The notes under the pieces: generated by a model
What the model was told of the DNA's origin: nothing
The model's database searches: none
Seen by the model: the letters and a program-made list of their open reading frames with translations, nothing else
Translations under genes and position numbers: made by a program
In this document: positions 38,630 through 53,129 of the stretch, one piece after another
How positions within the stretch are numbered: position 1 is the stretch's first letter
Layout: every line of letters begins with the position of its first letter
Assembly: GCF_026571515.1 (NCBI RefSeq)
Contig: NW_026857983.1
Coordinates: forward strand, 62,001-126,000
Reading direction: 5' to 3'
Source: Ruditapes philippinarum
Lineage: Eukaryota
DNA: 64,000 nucleotides

Positions 38630-40556
38630 GGGCAAAAATGAGAAATGGTTTTAGAGCATGTTAGATGTAAGATGTCACCTTCAACTATAAATGTGAAACA
38701 ATTGTTAGTGAGGTAGAAAAATGTAAATAGGGAAGTATTTTGACTTTCATACAAGATACTTAATCACTGTGAATGGATTAGAAGGCTAAGGCATAATGGG
38801 CTTTAACGAAAGATCTTTATCTGATCCTATTAAACGCATCTTCAACGTAATATATTTTATCTGATGGTATTTCTTTGAAGATATTACATCACCATCCTTT
38901 CAAACAACTAGACTACTTACTTACAAATATTGACCTGTCGGTGTTTAGATAAATGTTGCGGTAATTAATTTCTTTTTACTTATTGTATCCTAAATCATTA
39001 TATGTATATCAATTGGAACATCTTCGGCTATAATTCATAAAATTGTATTATATTTATATTAACCTCGAACTTAATACAGATTGAAAGTAGTTCTACAATG
39101 TAAACAAATAGGGGATGTATAAGGAATGTATGTATATAATTATATGACATGTACATGCGAAAATAAATTCTATTTCTGTAAAATTGCACACTGATGTAGG
39201 AAATAACAATGCGAAATTTATGTCAATGTATATAATTTATGAATTGTTTACTTATTAACATAGTTAACAACTTCAACTTCAACCACTATTAATTTGTTTC
39301 TATGAGAAGGTTAGACTTAATTACCGTACCCGTTCTGTGTATTCTTACTATTTTTCGAGGTCCTTATCTGTCGAAAGGCCGACCAGTTGCGATTGTAGAT
39401 ATATGTGACTTGTTGTTCAGAAGTGAAGATATAAAATATACCTGAGTGATAATTAATTACAGACTAAACATTGACATCTTGAAAATGGAAAGTTACCCTT
39501 GGATCTCTCTTTTTTGTTATCAAGCAATCTTTTTTTAGTGAACCATCGAATTTTAAATCCGAGAGACTAGATAACATAAAACCTTTTCTGATATTCGTAT
39601 AGAAATTAAAAAAAAGACAGTTGGTATGTGAAGGGTTGCACGACTAAAACATTTTTGGAGCTTAATGCCTCCAGTGAGTTTAAACTAAAGTGTCAAGAAA
39701 ATCAATTATACGAAAAGTGTATTAAGATTTTAAGGAAAGTGAATAAAGGAAATTACAATTTACAAATCAAGTAATAATATACTTTGCATTACTCATTACG
39801 GTATTTCTAAGTGTTATTTTTGGCATATTTTGACATTGATTTGGTAATTGAAAATACCGTTGTTATTGTGTAACATACTGTCTTATTCACTGGATAATAC
39901 TTTATTATAAATTACTTTTCAAAATTTTCATTAAAAATACATGATGCAAAAAGGAGTATCATTTGTTACACAAAGTTCAAAACAAAACTAGTAAATTTAT
40001 ATGAAAATAGCTATATTAATGTAAAATATGAGCCAGTTGAAGTGCATCATTGTCATTTTGTCATAAGAATAGATCTAATAAATTACAAAAGCTAACATCT
40101 GGCGGTTAGTTTTTTAAAAATTACAAATAATATTATGCGCAGAAAACGAAGAAGCATTTATATGTTCATGTAAATGTTTAAATCAAAATAACATTTAAAA
40201 TTCATGAATTACACAAAATAGCATGTACAGTCTATAATATCCAAATGAATAACTTAGAGTCGATTGGGCCTAATTAATACTTTAAGTACAAACCCGATTT
40301 CTATTAATGAAAGTTGAGGCTAACTTAATGCTATCAAATTTAATAGATAAATTTTGATGTTATGGTTTTTTGTAACTAAAGAAAAGAATATTTAAGTTAG
40401 TTATGAAATTCAACATGAATGCAATAATAATTATCACATATTATCGAGGCGTAGAAACCAGATAAAAACTTTAACTCATAACTGGCTCCCATATCAATAT
40501 TCGATTATACAATTAAAAGATGCCTGTGAGATAGCCATTTATTTTCCTTAACATGC

Positions 40557-41286
40557 TTAAAGAGAGCAACTATATTGCTAGCGATTTACTCAGAGCTAAC
40601 TCTATAATTCGACATTCGTTTCGTTGTGGAAGGGTAATTATCCCGCAAGCAAAGATACTTGTAAGTCTGATACTGAAATCGATATTTTCCCCTTTTTTAA
40701 ATGGCAAATATTGTTTAACTCAGATATTTCGTTGAGATAGAAATGTTTTTTGACCAGATCTGTACTTCATAGGTCAAAAAGAATTTACCTGGTGTCTTTT
40801 GACCTAAAATGTCATTTTTATAGGCACTTAAAATCCAATAAGTGTAATGCAAAAGTCCAGGAAAAAATCGCAAACTTCTGCATTTGACCATAACGAATTC
40901 AAAAACGTCAAAATGACGAAGTTTTGATTGGCATGAGGTTTTTCGGAAGTCTATGTGCAAGGCACTGGAAACGAACCTAAACCTCGAAAATGTAAATTTC
41001 TTCAAGGACTCCATGGTTCCTGAAAATGTATGCTAGTTAAAGAAAAAGTCGAAATCCACAATTAAAATGTGCTTGTATGGTCAAAGAATAAAAATAACAT
41101 ATCCAGGAATGGAAATAATTCCTCATGAAATGAGTCTGCTACAATCCTAACACCCGTCGCAGGCCATGCAATGGATTTAGAAGAGTTCAAAAACTATTAG
41201 ATAATTTAAAATACTTCAAATACATCCATGATTTTTTGTAATTCTGTCGTTTCTTTGTGAAATGCTAGAACAATGTTACCCTTTAA
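40557..41286. mobile_element. Degenerate TTAA-flanked TIR element (Kolobok/piggyBac-like MITE)
   Basis: TTAAAGAGAGCAAC..TTGCTAGCGATTT vs AAATGCTAGAACAATGTTACCCTTTAA; imperfect match. Confidence 0.4.
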
Positions 41287-42039
41287 AATAAAATAAATAT
41301 TGCTTAGAGTTCAGCGCTGTCACGATTTTTTCCCTCTTAAAATAAACGTGGTTGCCTCGAATGTATGTATATTCTTAGAAATTATAAATTACTTCATAAA
41401 CTGTATTTACGCATTTGATAAAATGTAGCAGCATATGTTAACAGTACATTGTATGAATAATAGCAAAACAGAAATAAATTTCAAAGAATTGATATGAAAA
41501 TAGCTAAGGGTAAAGTGCGTCACATGATATTGTACTTTATGCTGTTGCATCATCTTATCTCGGAAACATATGTAATATTGTCCCTGGATTAAATTACAGA
41601 CAATTATTTTATATAATCTTTTTTAGAGCGTCAATGTATTTCTATTTCAACTTGGATCCTTTATCAACCTAACAGTAAGTTTAAGCCTCATGTTGGAAAT
41701 CGGGCTATTTTCTGAAAATTCTTGTCACATTTGTGTACTCTTACTCTGTCAATTCTGTGACATCTATAAATGCTATTTTTTGCGTTCATTATTCATTAAG
41801 CACAAGTTTATCAAAGATATTCTAAAAAGAACTCACAGTTGATGTCATAAAATAACGCTTGTGTTTGAAAAAATGGAAAGTGCCAAAAAAGTCTGAAAAC
41901 TAACATTAAGTAAGAACTGAATCTACTGGAAAATTTTACTTACTTTCCTCCATTTTTTTCCTTGTTTGTATTTGAGTCATATACTTATTTTTTCTTAGTC
42001 CGTTGCCCTTATACTTTAATCATTGACAACATTATTTGA

Positions 42040-42530
42040 ACTTTAGCCGTATGCTCCTTTTTTATATTCTGTGCCTTCCTTTTGCCCTCTTTAGTGCGTT
42101 TTTTGTGCCTTCTCCATCACGTTGCGTGTGTCTTCTCCTTCTTCAACTTTTGTCCTCTCCACGCATTCCGTGTGTATTCCTGGTGCATTGCTTTTGTCCT
42201 GTTTTATGCGTGTCCTCTTTGTGCGTTGAGTCCTTTGCACGTTTAAGCGTTCTCTTATGTTGCGTTCCTTGTGACCTGTCAATGTGTTCCGTGTATCTTC
42301 TGTATGCATTACTTTTGTCCTCTCCATGCGTTCAATGTGTACTCCATGTGCGTGACTTGTGTCCTCTTTACACATGTATGTCCTCTACGCGTGTTACTTG
42401 TGTCCTTTCCGCTCTTTCCTAGTGTACTCTACGTGCGCTATTTTTATCAACACCGCGCGTTCCTTTTTCATCTCCGTTTGTAACTGGACATCTTTCCGCG
42501 CGTTTTTTATGTACTCTCCGTTTATCACTA
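42040..42530. repeat. Pyrimidine/CGTG-rich low-complexity repeat, probable MITE interior
   Basis: Recurrent GTCCTCTCC / TGCGTTC motifs; source of four spurious overlapping ORFs. Confidence 0.5.
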
Positions 42531-42708
42531 ATAGTGCCTCATCATACACATTCAATTTTTATTTGACACTTACAAATATTTTAATGTCCACAAATAAAAC
42601 AGAGTACACATGCACGTTATTGCAACGAAACTCGTTTATCAATAATAAATGACATGCTAGGGGAAAAATTGAAATTATCGTGTTATAAATGAAGAAACAT
42701 TTGCTGTG

Positions 42709-45700
42709 ATGTTTAGATCTGTACATTTGTTCACCAGATGTATCAAGGTAAGAATGATTATTATTTGATATTCTTTCTCATTTTATTTAAGTATTAAAAT
42801 ACAAACCATTATGTTCATTTAACAGGAGATGTATCTTTAGATTCATTGTATTCTTTTAAACGGAGTCCAACACACATGGATTTTGGATTATTTCGTGATT
42901 TTGTTTTGTACTTTTTCAGATTTTTAAATATCTGCTCAAAATAATACCAATGTAGACAATTTATATTTGATAGTGATAATTTCATCCTGATGATGGAGAG
43001 TGGACTGCTATTGCTCAAATGATATCATGTTGTGGAAATATTTTAATTTAAATCAATCGATACATGAGCCGCGCCATGACAAAACGAACATAATGGGTTC
43101 CAACAATCATGGTACTATACCAGCATGCGCATCCACTCTGATCAGGATCCATCGCTGTCAGCTCCTTTACTTATAGGATTTGTAAGCGAACAGCATAGAT
43201 TCTGATCAGACTGCGTGGATGCGCAGACTGGTCTGGATCCATGCTGGTCGCAAACGCATTATGTTGGTTTTGTCATGGCGCGACTCATGTATGTTACTTT
43301 CACCATGTGATAGTCGATCCTCAAAAGAGTTGTAACATACCATATTTTTATGTTATAAAACACTTCATGAAAATTGTACGTTAACAAATATAGTTCCGTA
43401 ACAAAATGTTATGTACCGTTAGGTAATTATTTCGAACATTTTCACTGACTTTTCTTTCATTCTTTATTCAAGTATTTCGAAATTATATTCGCTTACATTT
43501 CAAAGAATCATTTTAATTACAAATGGCAAATATATAGCTTTCTTCACTGGAAATGAGACAACTTAAGGTCCGTCTAAAGTTTATGAGAGATGTGAACTGT
43601 TCTATAAAACAGGTTTACTATTTCATTATCTTGTAATTAAAGTCGTACATCAAATTCACATTAAGAAAATAATATATGCTTGCATTTGTATGCCAATATT
43701 ATTATTTTCTGATTAATTAATTGAATAAGCTTCAAAATGAAAGATTTAATATTATACGTATAATCTTAAATCATTTCATTTTATCATGTTGACATCATAA
43801 CATCTAGGACACTTGTCTTTCTATAAACATTCATCTTAAAATGAAATGATTTTGTATTGAAATCGTTTTTTTTATTATTTGAGTACAGGTTCCACAAGTT
43901 TGCGAAATAGAGATTATTCAGAGCTTTTTGCACATGTTTATTCATCTACATCTAATTGTAAATGTGTTAAAAAATTATCTCTATTTTTTAGACCTCAAAG
44001 CTTGAATTTATATGCTGTGATAAGACCTTATCAGACGTGATGCTTTGAACACACATTTTAATTTAAGCTTAAATTTCAATGAAAAAAAAAGTGCATAGTA
44101 ACATTTTCGAGTCTAATTTTTCAGCTCTATAATCTTTTGCTGATTATATTGATTCATATTGATATTGCATCTTAACAAGACGATGGCGATCTTTCAAAGA
44201 ACATTTGTGGCGAGTATTGTTTTCATATGTAACTTATGTATTGCTAACCTTTGTATTCATATAATACCTTGCTTCAGATTTTGATTTGTTCATAAGTATT
44301 TGACATTAACATATTGACTAACTTTGGTGGTGCTCTTTGGTAGTTTTTACTTCGGATCACGTCAGTAAGCAATATTCAGAGCACAGTTCAGATCCTGGAC
44401 ATGCTGTCAGGCAGCATACAATTACAAGTTACCTTCACCTTCGCAATGAACTTATAACTTGTGTACATGCCAGTGCAAATGTACAGTACACATGCGAATG
44501 ACCGTAGAAAAGAATCTCATGATCAATCACATCAGCAGGACCTAAACAGTTCGGGAATCGAACCGGTTTGCCCGATTCTCAGTACAACACCCTACTAATT
44601 GAGCTGACCGGACGGCTGTTGGCTCATTTTGACAGCACTCGCCAAATTTAACAGATATAAGAAATAGTAAATTACCAGTTTTATTTAATGCATACAATGT
44701 ATTTATAAATGCCCCATGTCAAATGAATTGCAAACAAACAATGTATGTTATATATTTTTATTTTAGTTGTTTGCTTTGCTTGTTGTGGTCCTTCACACAT
44801 CAGAATCGAATGCTTCTGTGACACGTGCTAAGAGGCAATCACCTGGGAAATCATCATTTGGTAAATCGAAAGGAAAAATTACTTGTATTGATGACAGTGA
44901 GGTAATTTTCTTTTTCAACTCATAAATGTTAGAAGAAACATTAAAAACGCATTGATTGTAGTTGCTACGTGGGTTGTCATTGGTGTGAATCATTTTCAAT
45001 TTTGCTGTGTTGGGCTTTCTTTAGGGATTCTTATTTTCTGTATTTCCTGAATTTCATGTCATTTTATCTATCTAAATGCCACATAAATGAGGTAAATTTA
45101 TTTCAAGTCATATTATGCTGTTCACATTTTACTTTTGTGGCAACCTATGTCACGTATTTAACTTTTGATGTAACCATTGGTGAAACGGAAAAAAAAATTG
45201 TTTTATTTTCACTTTAATAAATACTGTTTCTTCTTTTATTGGCGTTGTTGAAATACACTACTGACTCGTATTTTTTGTGGTTTGTACATTTTTTATAATA
45301 AGATACTCAATGTTTCACTATTTAATGTAATCCTTTTGCCTGTATTTTGTTCTTTATGTACACCAATATTAAGTAATTCAATGTTGTTTATACTTTTATT
45401 GTTGATAATTAGGTACACAATTGTCATGTTACACAATTTTGTTAAAGAGGTTATTTGTTTTGAATCATTGAAACATGACTACTTCTATTTTAATAAATGT
45501 TGATTTAATCTACTATGTTATTGTTTCTGTTGCCAAAATTTGTGTACCATTTGATGAAGGTCTGAAAATAAAAAACACTTTGTGTGCACAATTCAGTTCA
45601 TTTTGTTCACTCCTTTTTCTTGAACTCTCAATTAAAGGAATTGAAAAGCGCCGGAACGGGTCAAGCATATTTTTTTCTATTTCTAAGCATGATTCTTAAT

Positions 45701-48700
45701 AGCCTTTTTATATATTAGCTTAAAGTTATATGTGCCTAATTATCCAAATCAAAATTCTAAAATTAACATTTAAAGGGTTTGTACCTCAGTAATGCACCTT
45801 AAATAAAATATGAATCGTAGGGCCTATTGACGTTTTATAACTTCTTCCTCTTCTCTGAAAAAACGGGTCTTATCAAAATGTATATTCTACACTTTTGATT
45901 ATTCTTAAGTCTTATTTACAGTGTCCAGCGGGTGATACATGCTTAGAGATAAACTTAGGGACAACGGTAAAATCATATTGCTACACATGTAAGTAGTTTA
46001 CTTTTCAATAAGCAAACTAAAGCATACAAATCAAATAAAAGCTCACACCAGTGCTTGTTTTTCATCTTTAAGTCTCCTTATCTATCATTTTATTGTTTGT
46101 CTCTTTGTCTGGAAGATAACATAAATTAGAACACCCATTTCAATGCATAGATTTCAAGACTTTTCCTTTATCTTAATTTCCTACAACGCACATACATGCA
46201 TATTTTATTTAATGTCATTTTTGTAAGTTCTTTTCGCATCAGTAATATTTCTGACATTTCATGAAAGTCAAGAAGTGTCTTCTTATTCAAAATCAAGATT
46301 ACTACATTTGGAAAATGGTTGTCGGTGCTTCTACTTAGATGCCCGTCCATGACGTCACTCAGATAAGCAATTATAATCCTTCTTTAAACACGTTTGTTTA
46401 AATTTACAGTAATTACTTTATATGTCAGGTTAAACTCATCTTTGATTTTACTGATAATGTTATGATTATAAAGAAAAAAATTGGCGTTTCCATTTCTGAT
46501 ATTTTATAATTCTTTATTATTTCTAGGTAACTGTATGGAGCTAAACCAATGTTATTTAGAAGATAGATTGTTGCTCTGTAATTGTTCTGGGTCCGGATTC
46601 ACCGGATTGTATTGCGAAACTAGTAAATATCATTTAAATTGAGTGCATGAAGTATTTATATTTTTGTTTCTTTAATCAGATAAAGTAACATATATTCTCT
46701 TAAAATAGAATAAAGGTTTTTATTCATTGTTTCTTTCTACTCGAATATTTCAAATATTTGTTTTGTACTTGGACATATAGTACTGAAACTGTTTGTCCGT
46801 TAGTTTGTCATTCAGTACCAGTATCGTCTATTCTACTTGTTTCATTGGCTTCAATTTTACAAAACATTAGATATATTGAAAAAGAATATTCAAACAAATA
46901 TTGAAAGTGCAAGAGTTTTTTTCCATATAATTACAAATATTCATTTATGAAATTTTAAGAGAAGAACTACCTCAGAAAAAGTAAATCGTTTGCATATAAA
47001 ATAACTTTACCATTGACATCCTTTTCATCAGATTGTAAATTGAAGCTTATTTGTTTAAAGATCCTGTATGTTGTAATTAAAGATGTAACAACACTTAAGT
47101 GAAATTTTTATATATGTATATAATTATTATTCTAAAACAATTTCAAAACATCCTAGAATATGTTGAAGATGTACTGCAAATGTTTATACGCATTATAAGT
47201 ACTCATTTAAATGTATGCATTCATTTTCTTATTGAAACATTTTGCTTGGACTATATCGAAAATATATTCCTAATTAGCTCCCTTTATTTACAAGAAATGT
47301 AAATTCGGTAATATCTTTCAAATAGCGCTTGTTTGAACGCACAATATTAATAGATCTACATTTGAGTATCAGCTTTATGATACAAAACCATAAAAATATG
47401 AGTTACAAGATCTTAAACCTTTTGTATGTTAAATTTCTATGGTAAAGCGTACCGGCGCTGAAACAGATTTTTCTCACACTACATTTAATTATTGTCTTCA
47501 ATATTACTTTTATATTTATGTGTGATGTTTGATATATATATTTTCATAATTAGATATAGATGATTGCGAAAGTACACCTTGCATGCATAATGGTACCTGC
47601 ACTGATAAAGTGAACAATTACACGTGCCAATGCAAACCGGGGTACACAGGGCTAAACTGTGAAATTGGTAAAGCTTTAAAATCATTTGTTGTAGCATTTA
47701 CACTTTAATGTACCCGACTGAATTACAAACTGTCTTTTGTAAGGACTTTTACAATATTTCAAATAATAAATTTTGAGACAAGTATGTTAAAAAATGATTA
47801 AATTTACCCTGTGGGCTATATACGACATTATCTTACAAGTTTTAAATTGTTAAATATGAAAAAACAATTTCATGTGATATAGTTATCCGTTTTCTGTTTT
47901 ATTTTCATTAAAATATTTAGATATAGATGATTGCGAAAATCAACCATGCATGCATGATGGTACCTGCATTGATAAAGTTAATAATTATACGTGTCAGTGT
48001 ATACCGGGGTACACAGGTGTAAACTGTGAGACAGGTAAAGTTTAAATAAAGTTCCTTGCAGCATTAACTCCGCGCGAGCAGGTCCCAGCGTCCACTTGTA
48101 TTACTGTCTGTCTGATTAGAACAAAATTAAGGATTCTTGGGTTCAAAACCGTTTTTCCGGAAAAAAGAAATCTTTTATCAAATACAATGCTCTCTAAATA
48201 ATAGAAATACAATCAGTCTTATGAACTGTGTCGCCTTTATAAGTTTAAAGGGTGAATAATAATAATCTTATATAGCACGAACACACGCATTGTTTAACAT
48301 TTCCCAGCAAAATCTTGTCTGAACATGGCGCTATATGTGCGCATGTCTGCACGTGTACCATTTTTATCATTAGATATAGACGATTGCGAAAACATAATTT
48401 GTTTAAACGGCGGCACCTGCATTGATGGCGTTAATACATACAATTGTGATTGTGCTGAAGGATACACGGGGCAAACCTGTGGAACAGGTATGTACATTAT
48501 TAAGTTTCATTTTTTTGTTTCAGTTCTAGCTCACTAGGACATGCAATACTCTTGTTAAGCTGATGAACGTCGTCAGGGGTCATCCGCAATTGTTTTAAAT
48601 GCTTTTTACGCCCTATAAAAGACGGATTTAGAATTGCACCTTGGCGTCCGCCCGTCTGCCTGTTAGCAATTTCGTGTGCGACATGTTTCTTTTGAATCAA

Positions 48701-51700
48701 AGGAAGGAAATTGAAATGACAAAAGAAATTATGTGCAGAGAGCAGTTTTTTTACCTTCCATAGCTCAAGGTCATGGTCACACCTAGTCATTTTGTATGAA
48801 TTTTAAGGTTAAGATTCCGCTCTGTATCTTTTTAAACGATAAAAAGACAATAAAACTATTTGATAGAGATATAACTTATTATGAGACAACCCCGGGGGTT
48901 ATTTCGGTAATATAGTTTTTTCAAGGAAATTACATTTAAGTCATATTTTGGGAATCTACAATGCTTATATTTAGATATTGGTCATGTAACATTGCCTTGT
49001 AAGCATCTGTTGATCATGCCCACATGTTTACAATATACTTGTACAGGAAAACATTTTTAGTATAATCGTATAAAACTGCAATGCCAAGAGCTCAGAATTT
49101 TATGCCCCGCAATAAAATGGCTGGGGCATATAGTGCTTCCTTGTTCCATCATTCCGTCCTTCTGTTATTCCGTCATCATCAGTTTCCGTTCATTATTTTA
49201 TTAACGTTGCACACATTCAACTCAAATCTGACATATGGATATATCATAAGAAAATACAGGTCAAGTTCGAATTTGGTCATGTTCCAATTATTTTTGACAG
49301 AGTTAAGCCCCTTGATGAAATGTTCAGTTTCCGTTCATTATCTTCCCAATGGTATTACACATTCAACTCAAATTTAACATAAAGATACATCAAAGAAATG
49401 CGTAGGTCAAGTTCGAATTTAATCATTGATCGATGATTTTTTTGCAAAGTAATGCCCCTTTCACTTTGAACATAATATGAAATTTTCAGTTTTCGTTCAT
49501 TATCTTCCCAACGGTATTACACATTTAACTCAAATTTTACATATCGATATGTCAAAGGAATGCTCAAGTTAATTTCGAATTTGGTCATGGTTCGGTGATT
49601 TTTGACAGAGTTATGCCCCTTTCACTTTAAAAATAATATGAAATTTCCAGTTTTTGTTCATTATCACCCCAAAAGTTGTACATATACAATTCAAATTTAA
49701 GATATGGAAATTTCATAAGAATACACTGGTCAAGTTCGAATTTGGTTATGGTTTGATGATAGCTGACAGAGTTATCCTTCTTAAACTCAGAAATTTTCAC
49801 CGTTCATTATCTTCCCAATGGTTGTACAAATTTCAACTCAAATTTGACGTATAGATACATCTTAGGAATAAGCAGTTCAAGTTCGAATTTGGTCGTGGTT
49901 CAGTTATATTGGACAAAGTTATCTGTCTTGATTGTTGGAACAATTTTGAATTTTTAGTTTCAGCACTCTTACTTTGGTGGGAATGTATGTAGTCATTATT
50001 TTGGCAACAAATATGCATTTTACAAAAGGTTATCACTGAATAGTTTCAACTTGAACTTTTTATAAAAATGGTTTGTGTTTATATTGAAAAGTTTTTAGGG
50101 CTTAAAACTTAAAATGAAAAAAAAATTGTTTGTGCAAACAAATTTGGAACAAAATATTGTAACATCTGAAATGTTGGCTGCATGCGGGGCATCCGTGGCG
50201 TGACGACACATTTCTATTTGCATGAAGCCTTACCTTTTTGTGGATAACTTCTATGGCCGGGGCTTCTTTATTTGCCACATAGTATTGCTTAAAAGACCTT
50301 TATGAAAGTTTTGTGAATCATATACCTAGAAAAAAAATTTTGTATTGCTCTAATTTTCTATAACCACTTGAAAAATCTGGTGACAACTTTTTGGATTGTT
50401 TTTTCGCTTGAGTATATTTCTTTAACGTTGTAAAAGTGTATACAGTTATAGAAATTAAAAAGGAAAAAAAAACAGACCGTTAAATTAATGTTTTTATATA
50501 ACATTTGGCCATTTCTTGTCAGAATTGGAACAAATAATGTATATGTAATTTAGTATGATATGAAAGGGAATACGATGGTCCGGAATATTTCGTAGCTTCT
50601 GAGTAGGTTTGGCAAACATCAATCAAGGTATATTGTAATCATTTTATTCACAGTATAAACAATGATTTACAATCCCAAGACAACAAATACATAGATTCGT
50701 GCACTTTAAAACATAAAGTGTTTTAAATTTCAGAATTGTGAGCTTCACAATTCTTGTTAAAAAGGGATACACAGGCAAAATAATGACAAAAATACAAAAA
50801 TGATCTTCTGTACTCAAATCACCCTAAAATGACTTTTCCTAAAGTCCCAGCATGAATTTCTGTATAGATTCTTTATATTTTGGGTTTGAAGCTTAAATAT
50901 ATCTATATATGTTGAACGAAATTTGATCGCCAACAGAATCACCGAATAGTTTAAAAACAAGTCATGTGATTTGAAAAAAAAACCCTGGAAGTTACTATAA
51001 CAGGTACAGTGGATATTGTATGATTAAAACAAGTCTAAGTAATTGATTTGACAGGTTCTTTAACGTTTCCAGAGCACACAGTAACAACTATTTTGAAATC
51101 ATAGCGCTCTAACCTGACCCACGCGGGTCAAGTTAGGAAAACACCATTTTATTCTTTATATGGAGAAAAGTTTTGTTCTTTTTACTGTTTAGTGTATTCA
51201 ATTTGATGACATTTACAGAATAATGAATGAAAAATTAAAAACTAAGAAATTTAAATTTTGCCTGTGTCTCCTTTTAAATTGTACGGATGAAGGTAAGCTG
51301 CTTTATATGAAATGTTTACTGTTTGTTAAAATAATAGCCCTAAAGTCAAAATTGGTCAAACCTATGGGACTTTACATTGCCTCGTATAGGATAACTTATA
51401 AAATAGTGAAGAAGTTGGAACATTGAATATAAATATGTGTATGTTACAAGGTCATGAGTCATTGTTTGTACTTATTACAATGCTTCCAGTAATTGATGTA
51501 TGTGATCCCAATCCGTGTGTATCAAGCGCCCAGTGTATACGCTTAGCAGTAGGTTACACATGTGCCTGTGATCCGCCGGGTCAAATCTCCAACACTGTTG
51601 GTAAGTAGATCAGTCTTTTGTTTTGGTAAAGCTATCATAATACTATGCTGAGAATGATAAAACGCTACTACATAATAAAATATATGAACCATTTCTTGAC

Positions 51701-52852
51701 ACTTTCGAAGTAACAAAAATGATAAATTTAACGTATTTCAAGTGACTGTTCCATAATGCGTACAGTAAAAATATAACCACTTTTTAAGGTTTTTAAATCA
51801 TTATAAACAATAGCTCATCATTTTTGAAAATAATTGTCTTTTTATAACATAGGATGTCCTGCTTGTCCCGTCATTGTGGTCAGATGTTGCTTGATTGCGT
51901 TTGTTGAATGCCGCCCTCTTTATGCTGATCTTTCTTTTTATATGTTAATGAACGCCCAAAGCGGCGAAATTGGATAATAATGCTGCGGGGTTGCTTTGAT
52001 TGAGCTTGTCCATAGCCAGTATTAGATGCATTCTACCGTCCACGCCCCTTGCAATAGCTTAAACAGAATTCATTCTTGTTGAATACAATAATTAGATACT
52101 TGCCAGATGCATGGTATAATTTTATTCCACTCGTTAGATAAATTCAATATTGGACTTATACTGAATATCGGCTATTTATTAAACATTTTGTTCTTAAAAA
52201 GTTCTCCAGGCTGATAGTATTCCACAGAGTACATGCTCACCAGGGTATCCAAACAGTTACCCCATAAATTGCAACATGCAGTGGTACATACTAGCAGGCG
52301 AGAACGAAAAAGTTCAAGTGGAATTCACAGATTTTGTCACTGAAAAATGTTGTGATAGGGTGTATGTAAAAGATGGTAAGTATGTCGTCATTTATAAAGA
52401 ATATTTATTTTTCAGCGTCGTGGTTTAGATTTATATATTGTGATTTGGTAACATAATAAATCATTTAAACCAAATGAATGAATAAAAAGATTTTAAAACG
52501 TTTGCAGTTCAAATAATTATATAATGGAACTATTACCTGTATATAACAAGGTTATTTATTATTTATTTAATTCACATAAAAAAGCTACTTTTAACTTCCT
52601 TTTCGGTTTCAAATAGCTACAACACAGTATTGCCTTGGTGTGCTGTTTGGAAACAGTGATGAAGAGCCACAATACTATATTTCGGGTCCTGGACCATATG
52701 ATTACGTTCATGAAGAATATTATCAAGGGGTTGCGACAAAATTGTCACAGCCATTTGTATCCTCGAGCAATGCAATGTCAATTTCGTTCTACTGTCGTGA
52801 TTCAACTGTGGTGTATCGGGGATTCTGCTTTACTTACAAGTCTATAGTTTAG
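42709..52852 (+). CDS. Secreted EGF-repeat / CUB-domain protein (fibropellin-like modules), ~405 aa
   Basis: Exons 42709-42747, 44767-44901 (LFALLVVVL signal, RAKR site), 45922-45988, 46527-46622 (EGF), 47554-47667, 47921-48034, 48374-48487 (114-nt Ca-binding-type EGFs IDDC..C..GTC.D..N.Y.C.C..GYTG..C), 51490-51600 (EGF), 51853-51878, 52210-52375 and 52617-52852 (CUB: [43 protein letters not shown]). All phases join in frame; the 51879-52209 intron is the uncertain one. Confidence 0.85.
43061..43291. mobile_element. Palindromic MITE
   Basis: TACATGAGCCGCGCCATGACAAAAC.AACATAATG vs CATTATGTTGGTTTTGTCATGGCGCGACTCATGTA. Confidence 0.88.
44340..44616 (-). mobile_element. tRNA-derived SINE
   Basis: On the minus strand: CAGCTCAATTAGTAG (A box), GGTTCGATTCCC (B box), then GATTGATCATGAGATTCTTTTCTACGGTCATTC, recalled as Meta-core-like. 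Confidence 0.7.
49098..50219 (+). mobile_element. Complete Helentron/HINE-type element with ~155-165 bp tandem repeats
   Basis: 5' TTTTATGCCCC..GGGGCATATAG and TTCCGTC microsatellite; ~5 repeats (CCGTTCATTATCTTCCCAA..GGTCAAGTTCGAATTTGGTCATG..GACAGAGTTATGCCCCTT); 3' GCGGGGCATCCGTG..GACACATTTCTA. Confidence 0.85.
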
Positions 52853-53129
52853 GACGTTTACTTGCTGCATACACCTTATTTTCTCGAGCTTCAAATCGTT
52901 ACGTTTTTGTCAGTGGGATTATTTTACTATCTTAACGGTCTCTTAAGATATTTCTATGCGATTTTTTATTTTGGATTTAATTATAACGTTCAATTAGTAT
53001 GTTTTTTGCTGCCAGTTGGATTATACTTTAATAAGTATGCATACAGATATCCGTTTGTATTGGTTTTAATGTTCTAAACATGTGTGCAGTTAATCATTGG
53101 AATTATATTCTTGTGTTCAATTATTATTT

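Noticed and set aside
42036-42652. Cys/Leu/Val-rich ORFs
   Set aside because: Low-complexity repeat read in several frames.
45545-45575. Hammerhead/Penelope-like end (TTGATGAAGGTCTGAAAATAAA)
   Set aside because: No intact CUGANGA core with supporting stems; other CTGATGA hits also lacked a GAAA partner.
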